A stretch of DNA of 63,446 nucleotides, the filler included, from Octopus bimaculoides (lineage: Eukaryota): the NCBI RefSeq assembly GCF_001194135.2. It is 4 parts of 4 records of this genome, joined end to end, with 100 filler letters (N's around TTAATTAATTAA, not from the genome) between each part and the next. Parts side by side here need not be neighbours in the genome. Positions count along the whole stretch, not along the records: positions 39,404 to 63,446 come from NC_068982.1; 3 more parts are not named here. The stretch is one strand, 5' to 3'. The notes below the pieces were generated by a model, which made no database searches, was not told the DNA's origin, and saw only the letters and a program-made list of their open reading frames with translations. Positions within the stretch are counted from its first letter, which is position 1. Every line of letters starts with the position of its first letter. Shown piece by piece: positions 39,678 through 52,555 of the stretch. The position numbers and the translations under genes were made by a program.

Positions 39678-40056
39678 TATATAGTAGGTTTTAATTTACA
39701 AAAGTCCTCTGTTTTAGAGAAAATGCAGAATTGTCAATTTACAATTTTCCAAAGAGCGTTGACATCGTTTTCCCTTGCTCCTTAAACTTTTGGGTTTCCA
39801 CCAGAGCCTACAGCAAGCATAAGAAACTCTCTTTGAGAAATGGGCTGCATGAGACATGGGTCATCATCAAGTGGACCACACTACTAAAAAAAATAATAAT
39901 TCAAGGAAATTTTTTTGTTAGGTGTGCCATTTGGAATTTGGAAAGTCCTATGGGCTGCAAATTGTCCATTACTGACCTACAGTGTGATTTGCACATCTAA
40001 ACTTAGCAGAGCCTGTCTTTATACAGGTTTGATCCTCATCTGCTTTCTTGTATACA

Positions 40057-41089
40057 CATCATCATCATTATCATCGTCTGCTTTCCATGCTGAAATGGGT
40101 TGGACGGTTTGACTGAGGGTTGGTAAGCCAGAAGGCTGCACCAAGCTCCAATCTGATCTGGTAAAGTTTCTATTGCTGGATGCCCTTCCTAACACCAATC
40201 ACTCTGAGAGTGTAGTGAGTAATTTTAAATGCCACAAGCATGAGGGCCAGTCAGGCAGTACTGGCATTGACCATGCTTAAATGGTGCTTTTTACATGCCA
40301 CTGGTATGGGAGCCAGTCAGGTGGCACTGGCAATGACCACACTTGAATGGTGCTTTTTATGTGTCACTGGCAATGACCGCACTTGAATGGTGCTTTTTAT
40401 GTGTCACTGGCATGGGACCAGTCAGCCAGCACTGGCATCGACCATGCTCAAATGGTGCTTTATATGTGCTACCGTCATCGAGCCAGTCAGGTGGCACTGG
40501 CAATGGTCACACTCGAATGGTACTTTTTACGTGCCACCGGCACAGGACTAGTTAGGCAGCACTGGAATTGACCACACGAATGGTGCTTTTTACGTACCAC
40601 TAGCACGAGTGCCAATCAAGCAGTACTGTGATTGGCCACGACAATGACTTCACTTGACTCAACAGGTCTTTGCAAGCACAGTTTATTGCCCAATGGTTGA
40701 AAGGTACTCTTAAATGGGCCGGTTATGCTGCACTGGCATAGACCATGGTTATGATCTCACTTGGCTTGCCAGGTCTTCTCAAGCACAGCTTATCTCCAAA
40801 GGTCTTGGTCACTTGTCATCGCCTCCGTGAGGCCTAACATTCAAAGGTCACGCTTCACCACCTTATCCCAGGTCTTCCTGGGCCTACCTCTTCCACAGCT
40901 TCCCTTTACAGCTGTCCTCATCCATACGCAACGCATGACCATACCAGCACAGTTGTCTCTCTTGCACACCACATTTGATGCTTCTTATGTCCAACATTTC
41001 TCTCAGGGCGCTTACACTTTGTTGTGTATGCACACTGACATTTCACATCCAGCGGAGCATACTAGCTTCATTCCTTGCAAGCTTACGCA
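40057..41089 (-). mobile_element. 5'-truncated RTE-clade LINE with tandem-repeat 3' UTR and (GAT)n tail
   Basis: RKLARNEASMLRWMC...WYGH..RM...GRGRPRKTW, stop at ~40757, ~66-bp tandem units at 40243-40640, terminal (GAT)n. Confidence 0.9.
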
Positions 41090-41753
41090 ATAAAGGTTTC
41101 TACCCTTTATGTGCGCGCGTGTGCGTGTGTACATATATATTTTTTTCATATACTTCATTAAACAAATTAGGTCATATGGCCAATGAAGAGGATTTAATAA
41201 TCAGTAATCAGCCATTTTTAAAGTATGCCACCTAATTTTAAAGTCAAATAGTTGTCACCGTAAAATAATATTACAAATAATCTCTTGTGAATACCATATA
41301 TATATTGTTTTGTAAACTATAGTGAGCCTCACTCTAATATTAGTACAAAGTTTATCATATTTAGAGTGCAAAGTTTGACAGAATTTACAATAACAGCTTT
41401 CTAGTTATTCAATATCTCAGCATTTTGCTATTTCTGCCTTCACAGCGAGTTATTTTAATCCTTTCACAGACCACAGGTGGTTTCACTGTCCTGTTGTTTG
41501 TAGTGTTAAACATATGAAAGACAAAATTTTTCCATGGATAGGGTCTCTCATAAGCATATCTCTTTGTTGCTAGCAGAGGTAATAGCTCATAACGTTTTTC
41601 CAGCCTATTCTTACTCTAGTTTTCCCTCTACCCATACTCTAACCTCTCATCACCTAGTAAAACCTCCCCCTCCCCATAATACTACCCACCTCAGTTGACG
41701 GGGGGGGGGGATATTATGCACAACGGCCTTATCTATCTGTCTATGTATGCATA

Positions 41754-41786
<33 letters not shown>

Positions 41787-41946
41787 CTATCTATCTAACT
41801 GTTTGTCTGTCTATCTGTCTATCTATCTGTCCATCCATCCATCTGTCCATCTATCTATCCATCCGTCCGTCCGTCCGTCCGTCCGTCCGCCTGTCTGTCT
41901 GCCTGCCTGCCTGCCTGCCTGCCTGTCTGCCTGTCTGCCTGCCTGC

Positions 41947-41989
<43 letters not shown>

Positions 41990-42307
41990 TCCATCTATCA
42001 TCATCATTGCTTTAACATCCACTTTTCCATGCCCACATGGGTTAGAGACAGAATTTGTTGAGAGACATTTTCTACAGCCAGATGCCTTCCTGTTGCCAAC
42101 TTTCCAAGTTAGGTAATTTTTTCCCCCCATCACTGCAAAATGTTTTCACAGAAACTTGGAAACAAATGACAGCACTTATATAACAGTGATACTTGTTTAC
42201 AATAATCATGCAGTGTTGAGATAAGGACACACACACACACACACGTGCACACACACACACACGTGCACACACACACACACGTGCACACACACACACACAC
42301 ACACATT

Positions 42308-42590
42308 CGAGGGTCAAGTGAAAAAAGTTCATAGGCTGACGAAGATACTCTCATGGAATGTAACCAAATGAAGTTTATTCTTCAACATAGTTTCCTTTGT
42401 GGTTCATGCTATTCTTCCATCAGTGTTGCAGTACTTGGATCCCATTGGTGAAGATGCTTTTCTCTTGTTGGTCAAAAAAGTCTTCAGTATCAGATATGAT
42501 GTCAACATCACTGAGATACTAATTCTCAGCCAAGTGCTTTTTCATGTTAGGGAACAGATGACAGTCAGATGGGGCCATGGGTGTTTAGTG
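42308..42590 (-). mobile_element. Mariner 3' end fragment
   Basis: LFPNMKKHLA...FFDQQEKSIFTNGIQVLQH.WK...KGNYVEE followed by a TIR-like end (cgaggggtcaagtgaaaaaagttc on +). Confidence 0.75.
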
Positions 42591-42939
42591 GAAAGTGGGT
42601 TATACATCATTAGATGTACACCTGACTTTCCTGTATAAAATTAAGAATTAACGGAACGCTGAACTCCAGACTATCAACACAAACAACATTTATTCAAGGT
42701 GGAATATATACATCTTTAGCTCTTGTTTGTTGAGACGTCTTCTGTGTGTGTGAGCATGGTTGTTGGGACGTTGGTATGTAGATGTGAGCGAACTGTCTAG
42801 TGTAAGTTCGAAAGATGGAGAGAGACAGCTGAACACGTCCTTGCTCAATCGCTGGCCAGCAAGAAAGAGGCAGAATGAAGCGGGAAAGCTTGGTTGTTGA
42901 ATTCCACGCATGCGCACGGCATTACTACAGGTGCATCTA

Positions 42940-43270
42940 ATAGGATCCCCTCTGGGGTTACAAGTCTGGGCAGAAAGTAGCCTCACCAGTGGATGCACAA
43001 CCAGGGTTGTTTTTATGGAAGACCAGCAGTCACCCATACATACCAGCCTCCCCTTTCCATGCCATCGATGTTATCCAAGGGAAACACAAAGGCTGATACA
43101 GCTTCGCACCTGTGATGTCGCAACTCATTTCTACAGCTGAGTGAACTGGAGCAACATGAAATAAAGTGTCTTGCTCAAGAACACAACACGCAGCCCACTC
43201 CAAGAATCAAACGCACTATCTCATGATTGTGCACACAACACTCTTAACCACTGACTCATGCACCTTCACT
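42940..43270 (-). mobile_element. tRNA-derived SINE with V/Meta-like domain
   Basis: GTTCTTGAGCAAGACACTTTATTTC...CACTCAGCTGTAGAAATGAG on the - strand; related copy at 56907-57160 (+). Confidence 0.7.
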
Positions 43271-43339
43271 CATATACATATGTATGTATATATACATATA
43301 TGTATCACAGCTGCATCCTCATTACACGAGAAAAGCGAT

Positions 43340-43790
43340 TGCCAAGAAGACTTACCGAAATGATTCATGATTGTTGTCATGTGATGCCCTTATATGACTT
43401 TTAAGCCCGGCCAAGCTTTTACACATTTTATTACACACTAGACAACTGTGCTGGCTGGTAGGAGAAACAGGTGCCACCAAATGCACTCTCTTAACATGTC
43501 TTTTTAGACTTCCTGAGAGGCACACACTTCCACGTTTTACACACGTTCTGTTATGAATTTTAATAGCCACATCATTGTTTATCATGGGTTGATTTCTATG
43601 AGAATTTTGATGGTTCACCAGGCCTGCATGACTCAAACACCTCCACTCACAAACCACACACATAAAAAGCAACACTCTCTCACTTTCCACAGGTTCCCCA
43701 CTTCTAAGCCCCTTCCTAATCCTCTCATACTTCACTCTCTCCCTCTCAAACCTTGAACAACCATCATACACTATCTTCCTCCATCCATCA
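43340..43790 (-). mobile_element. LINE (RTE/BovB-like) C-terminus with C2H2-like zinc fingers
   Basis: GCSRFERERV...RKG...CVVCEWRCLSHAGLVNHQNSH...CLVCNKMCKSLAGLKSHIRASH. Confidence 0.7.
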
Positions 43791-43865
43791 TGATCTTGTG
43801 CCTCCCTCTCCCAATTACCAGCTGCAATTCCATATATATATATATATGTATGTATATATACATGT

Positions 43866-43925
<60 letters not shown>

Positions 43926-45093
43926 TTATATGTGTGTGTGTGTGTGGGTGTGTGTGTATATACATATATATTTTTATATGTGCCCCAGCATGGCCACAGC
44001 TCATGAGCTGAAACTAGATAAAATGAAAATGAAAAAATGAAACACATATACATATATGTTTTCCTGTCTTGTTTTTTTGTCCACCACTACATTCCTCCAT
44101 GGCACATGTTTTATTTGTGCATACAAATTTAATTTGCGGTCCATGGGAAGAGCCGTTTTAACGATGCGTCCTACCCAACTCTTCGAAACGCCGGTGTTAA
44201 AACGGGGGTAGCTGATGAAGGAAAATGTTCTCTATGTGGCTTGTGTGTTTTCTGTACTCTGGTTATTATTGTTTTCTTGTCTACGTTTTGTTTGCAATGT
44301 CCTGTACCCAGATATGCACCTATATATACAGATAGATATAGGTATGCACATACCTGTACGTATATATGCATATACTGATTTATTATTTGTTTTTATATAT
44401 ACATATATACATATATGTATATATATATGGATTTTGTCCCTAATATTATTATATATATATATATATNNNNNNNNNNNNNNNNNNNNNNNNNNNNNNNNNN
44501 NNNNNNNNNNNNNNNNNNNNNNNNNNNNNNNNNNNNNNNNNNNNNNNNNNNNNNNNNNNNNNNNNNNNNNNNNNNNNNNNNNNNNNNNNNNNNNNNNNNN
44601 NNNNNNNNNNNNNNNNNNNNNNNNNNNNNNNNNNNNNNNNNNNNNNNNNNNNNNNNNNNNNNNNNNNNNNNNNNNNNNNNNNNNNNNNNNNNNNNNNNNN
44701 NNNNNNNNNNNNNNNNNNNNNNNNNNNNNNNNNNNNNNNNNNNNNNNNNNNNNNNNNNNNNNNNNNNNNNNNNNNNNGTGTGTGTATACGTTTGTGTGTC
44801 TGTGTTTGTCCCCCCAACATCGCTTGACAACCAATGCTGGTGTGTTTACGTCCCCGTAACTTAGTGGTTCAGCAAAAGAGACCTATAGAATAAGTACTAG
44901 GCTTACAAAGAATAAGTCCTAGGGTCAATTTGTTCGATTAAAGGCAGTGCTTCAGCATGGCCACAGTGAAATGACTGAAACAAGTAAAAGAGTAAAAGAG
45001 AGAGTATATATACATATATACATATATGTATATATATATGGATTTTGTCCCTAATATTATTATATATATATATATATATGTATGTATACATAT

Positions 45094-45126
<33 letters not shown>

Positions 45127-45220
45127 TAATGTCCACTTTCCATGCTGACATGGGTGGGATGGCTTTTTTAATCACTTAATAAACATTACGTTCATCTTAC
45201 CTCACATCATGGATGCTTCT

Positions 45221-45330
45221 CTCTCCCTCTTTTTCTCTCTCCCTCTTTTTCTCTCTCCCTCTTTTTCTCTCTCCCTCTTTTTCTCTCTCCCTCTTTTTCT
45301 CTCTCCTTCTTTCCTTTCTCCCTCTTTTTC
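45221..45330. repeat. 16-bp pyrimidine minisatellite (ccctctttttctctct)n
   Basis: About six tandem units. Confidence 0.9.
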
Positions 45331-45766
45331 TCTAATCATGTGAAAGTGTTACCAACAGGCTAAGTAACACAATGACAAACAGAATTATTGGTGAAGAGTT
45401 AACAAATTTGTTTCCCAACCATTATGTTCTGGATTTTGTCTCACCACATGACATCTTGGGAGAGCTAGGTGGGAGAGTCTAATGTTTTATTGCTTGTAAA
45501 GGACATTTTTGTAGTTAATTTCTGTTATTTTAGGTTGCTTATAGCATGAATGAAGCTGAACAATTGTAACTTGTCTCTCGGATTAATGGAGAATCTTGCC
45601 TCTCACAATATAGAAACATTTCTCATGGCACCAGCTGACAAAATGGGAAAAAGTGTTGCCCCGGAGGATAGTGAAGGAGATGTGTGCTGGAACAGCCACT
45701 CTGACTCATGGGGCTGGTCATCTATTACCTTATACGTTAAGTCCAATGTTAAATCAATAAACAAGT

Positions 45767-45938
45767 AGGCGCAGGAGTGGCTGTGTGGTAAGTAGCTTGC
45801 TTACCAACCACATGGTTCCGGGTTCAGTCCCACTGCGTGGCATCTTGGGCAAGTGTCTTCTACTATAACCTTTGGCCGACCAAAGCCTTGTGAGTGGATT
45901 TAGTAGACGGAAACTGAAAGAAGCCTGTCGTATATATG

Positions 45939-45973
<35 letters not shown>

Positions 45974-46171
45974 CTGTGTGTCTGTCTTTGTCCCCCTAGC
46001 ATTGCTTGACAACCGATGCTGGTGTGTTTATGTCCTCGTCACTTAGCGGTTTGGCAAAAGAGACCGATAGAATAAGTACTAGGCTTACAAAGAATAAGTC
46101 CCGGGGTCGATTTGCTCGACTAAAGGTGGTGCCCCAGCATGGCCACAGTCAAATGACTGAAACAAGTAAAA
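45767..46171 (+). mobile_element. SINE family A
   Basis: GGCGCAGGAGTGGCTGTGTGG...GGTTCAGTCCC head; full structure. Confidence 0.9.
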
Positions 46172-46285
46172 NNNNNNNNNNNNNNNNNNNNNNNNNNNNN
46201 NNNNNNNNNNNNNNNNNNNNNNNNNNNNNNNNNNNNNNNNNNNNNNNNNNNNNNNNNNNNNNNNNNNNNNNNNNNNNNNNNNNNN

Positions 46286-46360
<75 letters not shown>

Positions 46361-47054
46361 GCCCACACATACACACATGCATATGCATGCAATCACATAA
46401 ACACACACATACATGCAGACACTCACACAAACACACATGTAATATATGTGTTTATATTTATATTGGCTAAGCTGAACACCATAGAAATTCAAATAGAATA
46501 TTGTGACCTCAAGTTCAACTGCATGTTAGAGAAGCAAAGTAGTTTCAACTAAGAACTGAAACTATTATGGTCTTAAATTGCTGGAAGCTTAGACTTTAAT
46601 CCTTCAACATCTTCTCCTCCTCCTTTGCTATACTTTATTATAATTATGCTACAGCAACCAGCTGCATTAATTAGATCACCTACTTATCAAAAATTGTGAA
46701 TTACATCTTGTAGGCCGTTTATGAAGTTCATTGACATTATTTTACAAGTGAGTCTGCTGCTAAAAACTTCTGTACATCTGCTGTGTCTGAAGTCTTAATT
46801 TTCTGTCCATGTGCAGCACATCCCACTGCATCTATTGCAAACACATACACACATGCACGCACTCTTGCAAAGTGCACATGTACTCAGTTCCTATCTACAC
46901 TATTCTTACATTTGCAAGGGAGTGCTGAAAAGTTCCTGGCTTTAAGAGATGGTGAGCCCTACACTATGACCTTAAATCTAATCATCCAAAACATTGTAAT
47001 GAAAAGGCCACTTACAACCTAAAGTCCCACAAAAACCCACCCCCAAACACTGCA

Positions 47055-48245
47055 TTGGCTAATTTTGAGAAAGATCTACAACATATGTTAAAAAACATTA
47101 AATTCTCTAATTATATTAATTCCTTCCAGAAAGAACTATCCAAAATTACATCTAAAATAAGAACTTCACCACGTCTTCATGTCTTTTCTGATAAAACTGG
47201 CAACCTTTACTCCCTTCCCTTGGAAACATATATTAATCTCATATCAAAGGAACTAAACACAAATTATAAACATGCACATAGAAATGCTCTTAAGGAGATT
47301 AATAACATCCACTGTAAGCTAATTGCTGATCTAAATTTACTAAATAGAACTGAACCATATACACCTAAAACCCCTCCACTTCACCCTGAAGTACCACAAA
47401 CCTAACTTCTACTCTAAACCTTCCATTAGACTCTTCTGCCCCACTAAATCTGGCTTCGGTCAAATTAGTAAATGTATTATTGACTGTATTCTACCTCTTG
47501 TTAGAACTAACATTAAGCTTCCACTCTGGAATTGCACTAGAAACGTCATCACTTAGTTTCACACTATTCATCATAAACAACACACCCATTTTCTTCAGTT
47601 TGACATCTCAAATTATTCCTCATCAATATCACCAATTCTCTTAAATAAAGCTTTAATCTTTGCCTGAAAATATGCTCTCATCCCCCAATTGAACATCAAT
47701 ATCATCCTGGCTGTGAGGAAGACTCTAATTTACTTTAAGGATAATAATTGGACCTGTAACTCATCTACAGATTACTTTGATATAAGCATGGGCACATCAG
47801 ACTCATCCTAGGTCACCAAACTTGCTGGCCTATTCCTTCTCACCCAAATTAAACAATACTTCTCCAACCTATCCAGCGGACTATACAGGGATGATGCATT
47901 CCTTTCAGCAACTGGATTATCTCAGCTATCACCAAGAAAGCTCTACGCAAATTTTTTAAAACTATAACTTCAGTATTTCATTCGAAATTGACACTAAGGT
48001 GGCCAATTTCTTAGATGTTACTCTCAACTTAAATATAAATCTATACCACTCTTTTCATAAATTCAACATAAATGTCCTCTCTATCCCCACTAAACTTACT
48101 CTTAATAGCAGTCACAGGCATATCTATCAAAGTCTCTAACTTATCTGCTAAAGAAGAAATTTTTAACACTCACACCCCTTATTAAAATCAGGCCCTCCAA
48201 ATAAGTGACTTCCATGAAAAAAATCTACTATGTCTTTAACACCAT
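47055..48245 (+). pseudogene. Naiad-type Penelope-like reverse transcriptase, disrupted
   Basis: FSDKTGNLY, KPSIRLFCPTKSGFGQISKCIID, FLQFDISNY, DISMGT, GLYRDD (47878-47895), NFLDVTLNLN; multiple stops and frameshifts. Confidence 0.88.
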
Positions 48246-48549
48246 GCTTAAAACTAAAATAGCACATCTCTTCCCCAATACAAACTCTGAACCGATAGAC
48301 ACTACTTTCACTCTACACCAATCCAACAACTTCCCCCAAAAAACCCCTACACATCATACTTGACCACACCACTGACCACCCTGAGCCTATAACAACTACA
48401 AACCCTACCCTTCTGATCAGCCCACTATAACCATATGCTCTAAATTTTCTAAGACCAAGATTTTCTCTGTGCATCTACATATGCCTGGATAAACATACAT
48501 ACATACATACACATACACATACATGCACACACATACACGCACTCACACA

Positions 48550-48840
48550 CGCAGAGTTGGAAATCAACTAGCCTTTTGATATGAATGTAGTTAGAAAAAT
48601 ACAGGAAGAAGAGGACATCTATGGACCATTGACAAAGAGTTTGCAAATTCAGTACCCAGGATACACTTTCAGCTTTGTACCTGTTATCATTGGAGCAACA
48701 GGGTACATACCAGCTGGTCTGGAGCAAAGTATAGCTGAAATTGGGAGCTTGGGGAGATAATGCAAATCATATGCTATAAATGATCACAATATTTGAGATT
48801 ATAAAAATCTGCAAGACCTTCTCAAGATTTAAAGGATGAC
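48550..48840 (+). mobile_element. RLE-type LINE C-terminal fragment
   Basis: PFDMNVVRKIQEEEDIYGPL...LQIQYPGYTFSFVPVIIGATG...IIKICKTF. Confidence 0.65.
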
Positions 48841-49296
48841 GAACAAAATGAGATGCTTTCCTTCACAACTTTGCTACTAAATAGGTGACCAGTCAAAATT
48901 TACTTTAAAATAAAAAGAGAAAGAGAAGATCATATATGCATGCTCTCATACAAACAAAACATGTATGTATAGGCTTGAATTGTTAAAAGCTTAGATTTTA
49001 ATCCTTCAACACCTCCTCTTAATCTTTTACTATACTTTATTAATAATTATGCTATAGCAACCAGCAAACCTGGATGTGAAATACTGAGCATACCATAAAA
49101 AGACTATGCATAGGTATGTTTCCTAAAGATTAGAAGATGACAGTAATACCAACATGAAGTGCAGCCTCTCTTGGAGTCATGACTACATTATGCTTTGAAG
49201 TTATGCATTCGTAATCGAAGAACAGGAGACTGCTATAAAATATCTAGTAAATAAAAGGACAGTAAAGCCTTTGGAGTCCCAAGATGCAACTGAGAA

Positions 49297-49526
49297 GGCA
49301 GTGAGCTGGCAGAAACGTTACCCTGCTGAGCGAAATGCTTAGCAGTATTTCGTCTGCCGTTACGTTCTGAGTTCAAATTCCGCCAAGGTCGACTTTGCCT
49401 TTCATCCTTTTGGGGTCGATAAATCAAGTACCAGCTACGCACTGGGGTCGATGTAATCGACTTAGTCCCTTTGTCTGTCCTTGTTTTGCCCCTCTATGTT
49501 TAGCCCCTTGTGGGCAATAAAGAAAT
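49297..49526 (+). mobile_element. SINE family B, full length with target-site duplication
   Basis: Perfect 16-bp TSD aagatgcaactgagaa at 49281-49296 and 49527-49542. Confidence 0.95.
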
Positions 49527-49737
49527 AAGATGCAACTGAGAATGTAGATCATGTCACATTTCTGTGGAAGACATTATTCATGGGATTAGCATTTACTCAA
49601 AAATGCCATCAATGTACCAGCCAAAAAAAAAAAGACTGTCTTAGAAAAAATATAGAGAATACCCTCCATTATTGAAGGGTACATAAACAACATAAACAAC
49701 AACAAAAGAAATATTGGTGGACCCACCCCCACTACTA

Positions 49738-50538
49738 ACTTGGGCGACCAAGTTAGTAGTGGGGGTGGGTGCGCTGAAAGTGTAGCTGCTAGAATAAGAA
49801 TAGCCTGGGCAAAGTTTAGAGAGCTCTTACCCCTGCTGGTGACAAAGGGACTCTCACTCAGAGTAAAAGGCAGACTGCATGACGCATGCGTACGAACAGC
49901 CATGCTACATGGCAGTGAAACATGGGCTGTAACTGCTGAGGACATACGTAAGCTCGCAAGGAATGAAGCCAGTACGCTCCATTGGATGTGTAATGTCAAT
50001 GTGAATACCCGTCAGAGTGNNNNNNNNNNNNNNNNNNNNNNNNNNNNNNNNNNNNNNNNNNNNNNNNNNNNNNNNNNNNNNNNNNNNNNNNNNNNNNNNN
50101 NNNNNNNNNNNNNNNNNNNNNNNNNNNNNNNNNNNNNNNNNNNNNNNNNNNNNNNNNNNNNNNNNNNNNNNNNNNNNNNNNNNNNNNNNGGTGGCACATA
50201 AAAGACACCATTTTGAGCGTGGCCGTTGCCAGTACCGCCTGACTGGCTCCCGTAGGATTTTCGAGCGAGATCGTTGCCAGTGCCCCTGGACTGGCTTGTG
50301 CGGGTGGCACATAATAGACACCATTTCGAGCGTGGCCGTTTTCGTGCGGGTGACACGTAAAAGCACCCACTACACTCTCTGAGTGGTTGGCGTTAGGAAG
50401 GGCATCCAGCTGTAGAAACTCTGCCAAATTAGACTGGAGCCTGGTGTTGCCATCCGGTTTCACCAGTCCTCAGTCAAATTGTCCAACCCATGCTAGCATG
50501 GAAAGCGGACGTTAAACGATGATGATGATGATGATGAT
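49738..50538 (+). mobile_element. RTE-clade LINE 3' part spanning a gap
   Basis: GGGCAESVAARIRIAWAKFRELLPLL...LRVKGRLHDACVRTAMLHGSETW; after the gap the RTE 3' UTR ends ...gcggacgttaaac(gat)n. Confidence 0.9.
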
Positions 50539-50544
50539 TCCAGT

Positions 50545-50820
50545 CAACACTTCTATCATAACAGGTTAGATATTGTTATATGGAACAAGCAAGAAAGTGT
50601 ATGTACTGTCATAGTGAATATCTGTGTAGTGAATATCTCTTTAAAAATCAAAGAGAAAGAGGATATCAGTAGATGACTGCTTCAAAACCTCTTGCTTCAA
50701 TATCCTGATTATAAATTCATATATATTTACTGATAATAATTTTTGCACTTGGTTTTGTGAGTAAATGCCTAAGTGATAATCTGGATAAGCTGAGATTTTC
50801 TGTAAAAGAAATCAACCAAA
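50545..50820 (+). mobile_element. RLE-type LINE C-terminal fragment, same family as 48550
   Basis: HNRLDIVIWNK...KIKEKEDI...LLLQYPDYKF...ALGFVSKCL. Confidence 0.6.
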
Positions 50821-51057
50821 TGATCTGCACATTGCAAATGCAATCTGTAAGTGGAACAGTAAAATTATGTGAGGCTTTTTCTCAAGTGACAAATGTGAAT
50901 TTGTTTTAGTTATCAACAGTCCAACAATGGTGCTTTGTATCTTTATTAGAAAGCAGCTCCTTCCTGAGAGGAAAATTTCAAATATTGAATAATTAAAAAT
51001 AGAACAGAACATACATACATACAATACATATATACATACATACACGTGCGCATGCGT

Positions 51058-51105
<48 letters not shown>

Positions 51106-51934
51106 TTTCTCTAACAATGTATGTTTCAAAGCTGTTATCAATATGAAAATATTCAGAATTGGTAACAAGAAAGCTTTATCTGATTATGTAGTAATGAAAA
51201 TAATGATCATAGGTGTTTCCAACTATGCTCATTTTATCTTTTATTCAGATAAAGTGCATCTAGGACAAGGGTCAACAATAGATGGGCTGCAAATGTTCTC
51301 TGTGGGGCTCAGACCATTATTAAAATATTTAAAAATTTAATGTATTTATCAGACAGCTTTCAGACAGTCTTTGCTCAATTTTTATTTGCACAAGCATTAT
51401 TTACTGTGTCATCTGCAGATGAATACCATCAATCTCTTATCTCCAGAATTCCTTCTGTATTGCTTGTGGTAGGGTGATCTTCAGTTGATAAGAATCTTCA
51501 ATCCATTGGCCAATAAATCTCTTGAGAAGATGATTTGTAAGTCACTTTCTATGCATTGGTTCCCCCATCAGTATTTGATTCATTGCTTCATCCTTACTAG
51601 AAAAGCAGTGTCCACTGAATCTCAGTCTTCTTTCCTTTATGGTGGGGGTAATGCTTGGAAGACTACCATAAAAAAACTTGGTTTGTTGTAGGGGACTGCC
51701 ATTGATGCTAAGTGTTACTCTCAGAAGTCTTGTATATGTACCATCTAGTTTTCCTTTCCGGTGCCTTAGTTAGAGTTGCTGTATTGCAGTCTTGTGGGAG
51801 CATGATTTCTATCAGGCTCATACTCTTACTGTATGCAAGAATTGCAAGTATGGAAATGAAGGAATATATGAAGGTGTGCTGAAAAGTTCCTGACTTTGAG
51901 TAAAAGAAAATACAGGAGGAACTCTCTTACTCTC

Positions 51935-52555
51935 TCATTACTCTTTTACTTGTTTCAGTCATTTGACTGCAGCCATGCTGGAGCACCGCCTTTAGTCGAG
52001 CAAATCGACCCCAGGACTTATTCTTTAGAAGCCTAGTACTTATTCTATCGATCTCTTTTGCTGAACCGCTAAGTTACGGGGATGTAAACACACCAGCATT
52101 GGTTGTCAAGTGATGTTGGGGGAACAAACAAAGACACACACACACACACACACACACACACANNNNNNNNNNNNNNNNNNNNNNNNNNNNNNNNNNNNNN
52201 NNNNNNNNNTATATATATATATATATATATGAGTGGTTGGCGTTAGGAAGGGCATCCAGCTGTAGAAACTCTGCCAAATTAGATTGGAGCCTGGTGTAGC
52301 CATCTGGTTGCACCAGTCCTCAGTCAAATCGTCCAACCCATGCTAGCATGGAAAGCGGACGTTAAACGATGATGATGATGACGATGATATATGATGGGCT
52401 TCTTTCAGTTTCCATCTACCAAATCCACTCACAAGGCTTTGGTTGGCCCAAGGCTATAGTAGAAGACACTTGCCCAAGGTGTCATGCAGTGGGACTGAAC
52501 CCAGAACCATGTGGTTAGTAAGCAAGGTACTTACCACACAGCCACTCCTGCGCCT
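51935..52555 (-). mobile_element. SINE family A with nested RTE tail
   Basis: Both halves present in - orientation around the insert and gap. Confidence 0.85.
52230..52387 (+). mobile_element. RTE 3' end nested in the internal microsatellite of a SINE
   Basis: RTE tail lies between the two halves of the family-A SINE at 51935-52555. Confidence 0.8.

Noticed and set aside
40243-40640. CRISPR-like repeat array
   Set aside because: Eukaryotic context, no unique spacers; it is the tandem 3' UTR of an RTE LINE.
45550-45768. 72-aa ORF after a ttttag acceptor-like site
   Set aside because: No family similarity recognised and no matching donor; left unannotated.
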